From assembly GCA_965637545.1 (NCBI GenBank), contig OZ281501.1:7502001-7566000 (forward strand): a stretch of 64,000 nt of DNA. Direction: 5' to 3'. Below are positions 50,752 through 60,859 of the stretch, piece after piece. The notes beneath the pieces are model-generated. The model was not told where the DNA came from. It was given only the letters and a program-made list of their open reading frames with translations, and did not search any database. This DNA comes from Phallusia mammillata (taxonomy: Eukaryota). Position 1 is the stretch's first letter, and each line of letters begins with the position of its first letter. Both the position numbers and the translations under genes were made by a program.

Positions 50752-50943
50752 CTATATGTGAAATATTGTTTGTGATTGCAGATACTTTTGCCACTCGTCC
50801 AACATATTTTTAAAAAGGAAATTAGTCAGTGTTTAGATAGCAAATCATGCCATTAGCATGTTAGGTACCTATACCTAACGTATTTTGTGTATCCTAACAG
50901 GCACTTATCACTTTTTAATTGGAAGTACCAGTGAGAACATATA

Positions 50944-51730
50944 ATGAAGATTGCCGTTTTGGTGCTGTTTGTTGGTTTTTTTATGGTTTGCAACACTGAT
51001 GCTTTTCCTGTCGGTGAAGGTAAGGTTTGGTGTGAATATACGTAGTTAAACAGATTTTCCTTCATGAAAAGCCAACGTTTTTGGCGAAATCCATACAGCA
51101 TTTAAAAAAAGTAATTTAGCACCGAGGTGTTAGCTGCAAACAAAGTATATGAAGTGATTGACTTTAAAAAAAAATAGTTTGCTTATAACCAGGTAGTTTG
51201 TTCGTTTTAGATGCCTGTGGGAGTGTGTGGGGCAAACTTAAGTACTTTGTATCGGGGTGGGATGTTGAAACACTTCAAAAACATGCGGATGAAATAAAGT
51301 AAGTAATATAAAGACAATGTCTTATTAATATGTGTCGTTTTTTGTAGTATATTACCTAGTTTTGTTTTAGGATGCTTGACATGTAAGATTGAAGCGGTTT
51401 ACAAACGAGGTTTGTGTGATTACCGGATGTGATTTTTTTATCACAGGCAAAGGTTGAAATAATAATAAAAGTTTACAAAATATGTAATTTTAGTTTTATA
51501 GAACAAAAATATTTTACGTTTTTTTATCATGGTTGACCCAAAAAATACAACAATTTTTACTAACTTATTTTTTTTCTAAATGACCCAATTCAGCAAACGT
51601 AGCCTTTCCACCTTAGTTTCCGAACCGCGAACCAAGTCACCTAAACGTAATGTATACTTCCGAGCTATTTAAGGCTGCGATGCAGCTTGCCAAAGATACT
51701 TATGTAAACCTTAGCGGCAGCAATACTTAA
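50944..51730 (+). pseudogene. Damaged or variant third paralog C of the apolipoprotein-like family
   Basis: Exons 50944-51019 and 51211-51298 are intact, with a 24-nt in-frame deletion relative to B. The normal exon-3 acceptor and about 17 codons are missing; the remainder SELFKAAMQLAKDTYVNLSGSNT* ends at 51730; AATAAA at 51832. Confidence 0.7.
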
Positions 51731-52419
51731 ATTGTGGAACAGACGGAATAAAGGACAAGATTGGATGGCAGATTTTTTATACTTGTTATAATTTGTCGAG
51801 CTCTCATCGTCTTAAGAAAACGTTAGTCATGAATAAACACGCTTTGTAATTGTTTTTGTGTGTCAGTTTGCAAACAGTTATTGGAGCAAGAAAAACTGTC
51901 AGCGGTTGATTATGTCTGGATTGCGCAATAAAACGACGGTAATTTTCAAATCATAAAAGATTAACATGGCTCACTAAGGCAACACGTCCATACATTACTA
52001 GTAATTTGCAAACAATGCACTCCGTTTCTACCTAAAATGTCTCATCAGTGCAGCTTGTGATAGGAGATTGGTCCTATGAGCTAATCTAGATTAGGGCAAT
52101 ACAGTTTGTTGGGAGTAACAGGCTGGAAAGCCATGCCTCACCAAATCTGTTCGATGCCACAAACTGATCATTGTTTGAAAAAACTGGGCAGTTTCATTTT
52201 GCATGTAGTCCTGGGCTGTGGAAAACCTAGATTGCATCTACAAATTCGTCCACCAACTGACTGTGTTGATAAACTAGAGGGTAAAAGTCGTGTATTTCAC
52301 GTTTAGGCCGCAGTTCAAATAAAACACACAGACGCGTAAAAGTACAATCAATCAACGAGAAACAATACGAATAATCAACGAAAACCAAAAGCCTTCAATG
52401 AAACACATAAAAGGAGCCA

Positions 52420-55400
52420 CTAGGGGAACAACGAGTCACATGTCAAGCCGCTGACGTCAATGCCATCCGGATTGCCTTTTTGGTATTGCTTGCCGTCGCA
52501 GCAGAAATACTGTGTACCGTCAATACAGCCTTGACCACAACAAATTGCCTTGTCTGCCGGAACACCGTTCAATGAACGAGGGACGCCATCGCAGCATTTA
52601 AACAAAGTGCTGTCCATACCGGTTGACCCTGTAATAAGAAAACGTATGTTGTAAGTTGAATTCTAGTTTGTAATGAATTGTACGAGGCGAACAAGCAGCT
52701 AGTATATCCAAGCCAAGAGATTATTAAGCTATGCACACTCATGTAACACGATTTAGTCCTGCTTAGCAGTCGCCTAGAACTTTTTAAAAGTTAAACAAAA
52801 AAACGAGACTACAACAGTAGTTTTAGGTCACAAAATTGCTTTGAAAAGCTTGGGCCATGCCGAAAGTCGGCTCGGGTTTGCGATTAAGTTTGAATAAAAG
52901 CGGTTTGATTCAGACTTGACGTTACACTAAAGGCCACTTTGGTGTGGTAATTTCACTTTAGTAAACTTATTGTTTTGTCCTAAGGCTGAGTTTATTGTTA
53001 AAAAGGCGGATTTCAGACCCGCTAATAACTCTGAAATGGAGAGGTTTTCTGTAGTTTGCAATATATTTTAAACGGCGATTCATTCCCACGGCCATTAAAA
53101 TCAGATAGAAATTAAACAGGGCGTTACTTACCACAACATTCGGTGTTTGCATCATTTGCAATCACATTGTTTCCACAGCAAATGCTGTCAGTTAAGTTCA
53201 TAGCCGTTCCATTACAACAACCAGTAGCATCTCCATACCAACGATCAACAGCAGCACCCTCACAACACGTTGATGTTTCTTTGTTGATTACTACACCCTC
53301 ACAACACGTTGATATTTCTGTGTTCATTACTTCACCACCGCAGCATTCAATCAAAGATGGGTCTAGGCCTCCTGAAACCGACATAAAAAATTTAGCGTTA
53401 AAGTTGGGGGTGAACTAGATGATGAAATGTTACTTGAGTGAGGACGGTACTACAGTACTAGGTTTACAGTTGTGTTCAAAAGACGGTTTTGGAAATGTAA
53501 AGAAGCTCAAAATAAACGCCTAAAGAAAATAATTTCTCTCAAAAAAGGGAATTTTAGATGCAATGTATACGGTGAAAAAATACATTATAGATTTTTAGCG
53601 TTTTGAAAAAAAATTTCACCCAATGCCAAAACGTATTCATTTAATTTTATCATAACGACCATTGCTGATTTCAAATTTACCAAAACGACCAAATATCTTA
53701 ACAATGTGGTTTTGCAAGTTTGGATAAAGGAATGCTTTATGTTACACTTGAAATATCAAGATTTTGTACCGATGTTTTTTTACCTAGATCGACGATGTTT
53801 CCGTTGCAGCATGTGCTTGTGGCGTAATCGTAAGGTAGCAGTGTTTGGTCATTAGAGAAATCGCCACAGCATCGGGTCTGATGGCTTACTTCAATTTCAC
53901 CCTGCAGAAATGAAAACGTTTTTTAAATACAGAAAGACACATTTGGTCGGTGCAATTGGAAATAAATTCATCAGGCTAGAGCCTTTTGGAACCATTTCGA
54001 CCATAAACATATATTGTATTATATGTACAAAGATAACTGTGTAAGTTCCCAAGGGTTACTATATGTCGTAGTGTAAAATTTACATATAAACGTAAAGCGT
54101 AATTACATAAAATTTAAACAGACAATATGCATGAAAATGTACAAAGAAACGGCAACTTAATTCAAAAAAATTCAACAGAGGTTTGTTTATTGAGAGAAAC
54201 AAAGCTTTCTATAAGTTACAATGAGGACAATTAAAGTCATAGTCATTGTGCACTTACAGTGATAGTTGATATGATTTCCGGATTGTCGTACACAATTCCT
54301 CCGCAGCATGTTTGCACGTAGGAGTCAAAGGTTGCATTGACACAACATGAAGGATATATGTACACGGAAGGCTACAAAGACAAAACGCACAAATTAATAA
54401 GGATCAATTTAAAACACTCATGTCGTCTTCAAACTCTTTAATATGAAGCCGCTTAAAATGTTATAAAAAACATGCGTTTGATTGTTAGCAAACTCTCTTG
54501 TTGTAATATTAAGCTGCTAAAGCTTAAATAAAACCATGCCTTGAGTTTGCACATATTTTTTATTTCTAACCCAGGACGGCCCAGGCCACGAATCCCGAAT
54601 CCCGATTAAGGTGTTTATGTCTGTAGATGGGTCAAGCGAACTAGACCATTAAACCAAGTTCCTCCCCGAGATTGCAAATTTAATATTTTGGGCATGTCGA
54701 TTACTCCATACCGTCGTATAGCGGATTTAAAACATGTTGCACTTTGCCACTTGGTTAAGTGATTAAAGCCATGCAAAGAAGCGTCATGCGGATACAAAAA
54801 TGTCTAAATGAGCACATATTCTCCTTTTACGGTGACATGTGAGTAAAACAAACGACAGTAAGAACATCTATGAATGATTTAATGGTGAAAATAACGGCCC
54901 ATATCGACGTAAAAAGCGACATGCTTTATGTTTCAAACGTTTCGGCAAATGCTCATGCATCATCAGTGATGTGAAAGCCACATCAGTTACACTCTGTGAA
55001 TGACATTTGGCAATATCAATCGATTTCGTAAGCTACAAATTGCGACATGCTTCAAGCGCGTGCAACTCACAGTTACAATTTCTTCGCAACAAAACTGGGT
55101 CAAACTGTTGTAAGCAATGTTTCCACAACACCGGTCCCCGAGCTATACGGGAAATATTGTTATACAATGGGTGGAAAAATACGAAAACAATAGTATGATT
55201 TAATACAGACTGATTTACCACATTATAGAATTGTTTAATCCCAGTTACTTACAATGTTAAACCTATTTTTTAAAGGGAAGCCATTTGTAACAGGTCGGTG
55301 TTACCTAGTTCCAAATAATAGGACCATATTTTTTACAACAATTATGCACGTATGTCTGCTTTGGGATAATTATAATAACTTATCTGGATTTTAACATGGG

Positions 55401-58400
55401 AAAATCATAATACCTGGATTTCGCCGGAACAACAAGTAGAATCAGAGCTGAAATATGGGACATCATTGCAACAAGCGTCACCAGCTGTTTCTGTGTCAAA
55501 CACGTTACCGTTGCAACAGATTTGTCCGGCTGCGTCCTGCAAGTACAGACAATATATTGCACTTAAAAATACAGAGTCCAAAATAGGACTGTTAAAGGTT
55601 TTGGAATTTTTGTCTAATCAAATGATTCAAATAAATTTAAATTCCTGAGATGTATGCCCCACAGCCGCCATTAAATCAGAATAAGTTATTAAACAAAAAT
55701 TGCAATGTGGTTGTGCGCTCTTAGTCATCAAATCTATACGATTTTTTTTCTGTTTAAAATATAAAAATATGAGAGATATGTTTCAGTTATTCTCCTTAAG
55801 AAACCATGTGTGTTTCCAAGTGTTGTTTCACTTCTTTAAGAGCATTCTATTGAACACTTGGTTAATTAAACTATGATCTTTAACTTTCTAATCACTTGAA
55901 TAACCTTAATTGTTACTGGGTGTAATTGATACTGAAATGTACAGTAAATTACCATGCTTTTTGCCCAATATTTTTTGGGAAATGTGTATTTAAGACTGGA
56001 AACACATGCTTCTGTTTAATCTCCATTTCATAAAAATATCACCAATATGTTTAATTAAATTAATAGTGCACCTACATTAAGGTTTACTAAAAAAATATTT
56101 GAATATTTGAAATTGTGTTAAAAATTACTTGATAACTTATCAAATAATTAAAAATGTCAAATAATCAAATAATTATTTGTTTAATAACCACCCTAGTCCA
56201 AAACCTTTTTGAGAAAGCATTTTTTGCAAAAAGACTGATGACCGTCATTGGTCTTAAACCCATAACATTGACAGTAAGAGCCTCGCATGACTGACATTTG
56301 TCAATATGAATAAATTTCGTAAGTTACAAATTGCGACATGCTTCAAGCGCGTGAAACTCACAGTGACAATTCCTTCGCAACAGAACTGGGTCAAACTGTT
56401 GTAAGCAACGTTTCCACAACACCGGTCCCCGAACTATACGTGAAATATTGTTATACTATGGATGGAGAAATACGAAAACAATTTTTTAATTAAATTTCAA
56501 AACATTAAACATTTCAATTTGTAGCGACCTCACTACCGTGTTCGCTTATGCGAATTGAAACGTGCTATTTCCCTTTTTGTTTTGATCGCTATTGCCTATT
56601 TATAAACGCCGGTATCGCATTGTTCTACCTCTCACACGCTCTAACATGACTCTGACATGGCGCCACTGCTCAATAAAGCTTCGACCGCTTCAAAATAATC
56701 ATTTAAAATTGTGTAAAAAATTATTTGATAATTTTCAAATAATTAAAAATTTCAAATAATTATTTGTTTGATACCAGCTCCAGTCTAAAACCTTTTTCAA
56801 AAAGCAATTTTTGCAGTAAAGGCTGATGACCGTCTTAAACCCATGACATCGACAGTAAGAGACATTTGGTAATGCGAACTATTTTGTAAGTTACAAGTTG
56901 CGACATGCTTCAAGCGCGTGCAACTCACAGTGACAATTCCTTCGCAACAGGACTGGGTCAAACTGTTGTAAGCAACGTTTCCACAACACCGGTCCCCGAG
57001 CTATACGAAAAATATTGTTACACCATGGGTGGAGAAATACAGAAACTATAGGGAAATTTAACACATACTGATTTACCACATTGTAGGTGGGTTTTACCTT
57101 GTTCCAACTAATAGGACCAAGTGTTTCAGGAAGTTTAGTGTTGAAGTGTAAATAGTTCTAAAAGTATTTATGCTTAACTGAGTTTTATGCATAACTGATT
57201 TTGTCCATATGACAAGTGGAACATTGCTTGTCCTTGCATTCAATCTGTTCATTAGCAGTAAAGGTACAGTTGTTATTGACTTGATGTTAGCTCCGAATGT
57301 GTTTATCTGTCAACTATCGTATGTATGTTTTACAATTATGTTTATTAATCATATTTTTATGATTCTATTTGAATAAGTTTATAACATAAGTTTACACATA
57401 CACATTTACCTATGAAAGCTTTTTAAGTACCCTAAAGTATATATTGGTGCCACTTACATTTCCAAGATTATCCACAAGAGCTCCTCCACAACAAAGTTGC
57501 TGTGTGGGATCGTAAACTACGGTGCTTCCGTCGTTCAACAGACAGCATGAAGAACCGGTTTGGTTTGCGGACTTCGATGCAATTGAGTCTCCACAACATA
57601 CCTGTTATTCAAAAACAAATTTGAAGTTAACTGTAATATACTGACAATCATAAACAAAAAAACAAACAACTTGAAATCTTGAAGTGGGCTTCATTGCAAA
57701 AAATGTTATCAGGTATCTATATAGCGAATACATTGTAGGCATACGTTTGAACAATCACTGTGGTTATTGTCTGTGCAAATGAAAAAATAAAAACTATTTC
57801 TAAAATGGACACTAAAGGGACCAAGAAAAACAGTCAGTTATACAGTACATTAAAAATAGTAAAAAGGTTAGGTACACAAGACACGGACTTAAATAGTAGC
57901 TTTAGTATGAAACAAATTGCCAGCGAAGTGGAAGAAACGTATTTATTTTATTGAGCAAACGTTTCGACAAAAAACATTTGTCATCATCAATGAAATATCA
58001 ATGTTTTTTGTTTTTGGCCGAATAAAATAAATTCGTTTTATTCCACTTCGCTGGCAATTTGTTTAATACTAAAGTAAAAAAGTTTACTTCAACATTTTCT
58101 TTTAAATCTATAAGAAAGATGCTGAAAACGGGTGGTTATCATAGAACAAATTATGCACTATATAATAGTGCCTTATTATTTTTCAAACAAACCACCGTTA
58201 AAATATGCACCGTGACGTTTGACTAACTCACCTCTGTGCCTACTTCTCCCACAAGTCCGTTACAACAAAACTGCAGGCTGTTATCATAAACAAGCCCATT
58301 GCAGCATCCCTCGGTTTCAGTGTTATAAGGTGCCTTGGTGCCGTCGCTGTTTTGGCAGCAAGCCGCGGTGAGTTCAGAGGCACCTATTTGCACCTGTCCG

Positions 58401-60859
58401 TCGTGGCAGGGACAGGACGCAATCCTACGGTCATATGAAATGGCACCACAGCAAGATGTGTAGGCGGTGTCACCTGAGAATAGTGTTTGGAAAGTTCAGT
58501 GGTCGATAGGAAAACAAGCGTGTCTGATATCGCGATAAAACGCGTTAACCAAGGTTGCCAAACCTGCTAGACTGGATATAATGCCAATACATGTTTTCGG
58601 GTTGACATTAAAGTCACGAAGATGTTCACCCTTTTAAAAAGCGTTTAGTCAAAAAACATTCCAATGGAACGGTTTAAGTGTTATAATGGTAGATAGACAG
58701 AAAATCAGTAATGCATTGGCAGGTTGGCAATTATTTTTTTGAGGCAACGTTAAACCCAACAGAACTAAAATAAGGACGAAACACAACTATTCTGCGCAAA
58801 ATGCCTGGTAGATAAACTTATGTTTTTCATGTCAAACGCGTTGTTTATTAGCAAAACCGCCGAATATTCGGTTTCGAAATTTAACCGATTCGGTACATCA
58901 CTACTTAAAACACACACTACGTTTTTGAGCTATAAAGAAGTTTAAGGACCCTTATAAAACCAATAAATTACAGCTAAAAAATCTGGTTTCCTCGTTCAAA
59001 AATCGTTTGTTCAAAAAGCACATTATCGTTCAAAAAGCACATTATAAAAATCTTCTATGCGTACAATCATAATTAAGCCACAACAATTTCGTTCATTTGT
59101 CTGTATAGAAAACCATCAACCCCGAGCTTAAAGTAGCACAGACTGATTCTGCTTGATTTCACTTATACAGGACGTTTAACATTTCTTACCTGAAAATCCG
59201 ACTTGTCCTTCGCAGCACATTTCAGTAGTCGATGAGAAAATAGCCGGCTTGTTTGTCCAACTGTTACAGCAGGACTGGCCCGGGCTTTCAGCTGGGTCAA
59301 ATAACTCGCTGCCACAGCACCAAGCGCCCTACAAATCGAAATAAGTTGATTTTAAATTTCTGCACTCTACGCCGACGTGCAAGGACAAATAATTTCAAAC
59401 CATTCCGCACTTTAAGAATTGGCTAAAATTAAGACTACTGCGGGAATCAAAAAACCTATTCTATTGCCATAATAATCGTGATACGATATAAGAAACTTCT
59501 CATGGTACGATTTAAATTCAAAGGGTTTCTCTTCATAAAATTTTTAAAGCTTTCATAAACAGTTTCATAAAAAGCACAAAATATTGCTTTTAAATTATCC
59601 AAAAGATTGATAGTAATAATAAAAAACAAATTTTGACTAGCATTGCAAACACCAACTTAAAACTATGTTATCAATGAAAAACGGATTTTAAACAACTGCT
59701 ATGTTTCATTGTTTGTATCATGAATCATTTTTTCAAACGCTTTTTAGAAGAAATTAAAACCAAATTAAAAACGCCCTTGAACGTTACACAAACAAACCCG
59801 AAATGCCACAATTCTGCCCCAGGCTGTGAATTTAAGCAGAAGTGTTGGTTTACACTTCCATGTTAGGAAAACTCTTTTTAACAAACAAATGAATTTCAAA
59901 AAAGATACAGTGGTCGAAATGACGAAATTTTACCCCATAACGTATTCACTTGAACATACTAGGGCGGTTTAACACCTAGCTAAGCGCAGTCAACTGTGAA
60001 AACGTAACTTATATCAAAATTGGTGTAAAATAATTGTAAATATACCTATTAAAAGCTCTGTTTAGTTTCAAAAACAAAAAAAATGTGTTTTTGATTAGGT
60101 TAAAAGATATAATATATCAGATTTTGTGACAGTTTTTCTTTTTTTGGAAAGAATGTTTCATACCTGGGTCTTGTTGTGGATAACGTATTCGTTTCCGTAT
60201 TGCCACATACAGCACATTTGAGTGTTGTCGTTGTATGGAATTCCCCGTTCGTTGTTGCCACAGCATTGGAAGTAAGCGTCACGATCGTAAAGTTTTCCGC
60301 CTAAGAAATTAACGTATTATTTCTACTGACTGATTGCAAATTTGAAACATTGTGTGTCGATAATTGCCAAAAAGGTTATTTTTCAAATATGCCGTACCAG
60401 CTTGTTTATCATTAGGGTCTGCCCTAAAGCGCAATACCTGCAAACCATAGAGTGCTCTAAGTCTCCGGTAGCCAATTTGTCAAGTAGGCTAAACGCAATA
60501 GCTTCTTTTTATTAATACAAATTAATACAAGTAAACACAACAGCTACTTATAGTCAATAGGAAAATCTAAATTAAATTTTTGATTGCTAGTTTGCCCAGA
60601 GAGGTTTCTTCTAGCAAATGTTATTGGGTCCAAATTGGGATTTGAATAATTTTTAAGATTTGGTATTAAAGCAGTTAGCCATACACTTACCACAACACAT
60701 TTGTACGCATCCGTTATATTCAGTAAGCGTAAATTGTCCGGTGACGTCATCTGTGACGTTACAAATCTGAATGCCACGTTTGCAACGAGCAGCTGATGAC
60801 GAACCAACCGTTGCCAGGACAACAACAGACACAGCGAGAGAAAACAGAATGTTCTTCAT
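52420..60859 (-). CDS. Secreted galaxin-like di-cysteine repeat protein, about 616 aa, 13 coding exons
   Basis: Exons 60859-60691, 60300-60164, 59328-59190, 58473-58232, 57601-57458, 57000-56929, 56433-56362, 55536-55414, 55142-55071, 54371-54258, 53901-53784, 53371-53132, 52628-52420 total 1851 nt, all GT-AG and phase-consistent. Signal peptide MKNILFSLAVSVVVLATVGSSSA; about 35 CC pairs at roughly 11-15 residue spacing. Confidence 0.92.
54555..54640 (-). repeat. Retroposon-like 3' end, copy 2
   Basis: Shares the exact 15-mer CGTCCTGGGTTAGAA, upstream similarity and an A-rich tail with 33901-33981. Confidence 0.45.
56130..57050. repeat. Local duplication (offset about 570 bp) carrying a galaxin cassette exon and intron flanks
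   Basis: 56130-56480 aligns with 56715-57050; a third related unit lies at about 54996-55330. Confidence 0.8.
57900..58074. mobile_element. Palindromic non-autonomous element with ~52-bp arms and hammerhead-like core
   Basis: Arms tttagtatgaaacaaattgccagcgaagtgg..ttttatt and its near-exact reverse complement; the centre on the minus strand reads TTGATGA-T-GACAAA/TTTGTC-GAAACGT. Confidence 0.7.

Noticed and set aside
48583-51101. Paired minus-strand ORFs 48583-48837 and 50853-51101
   Set aside because: Antisense shadows of duplicated exon 1 of paralogs B and C.
51995-52045. Hammerhead-like CTGATGA..GAAAC on the minus strand
   Set aside because: The stem II closing pair is G-A, and the paralogous position near 50510 lacks the core.
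53143-53418. Plus-strand 91-aa ORF with internal repeat PSQHVD
   Set aside because: Antisense to galaxin exon 53371-53132.
50570-57079. Three similar minus-strand ORFs in the track (50570, 55033, 56891) and the underlying four-copy repeat, first considered a SINE or duplicated promoter
   Set aside because: In another frame each copy is a 72-nt galaxin exon bounded by AG and GTRAGT; the track ORFs are off-frame readings.
59065-59100. Possible extra galaxin exon TNERNCCGLIMI
   Set aside because: The CC frame is phase 0 but the upstream exon ends in phase 1; the required frame hits TGA immediately, and the donor is weak.
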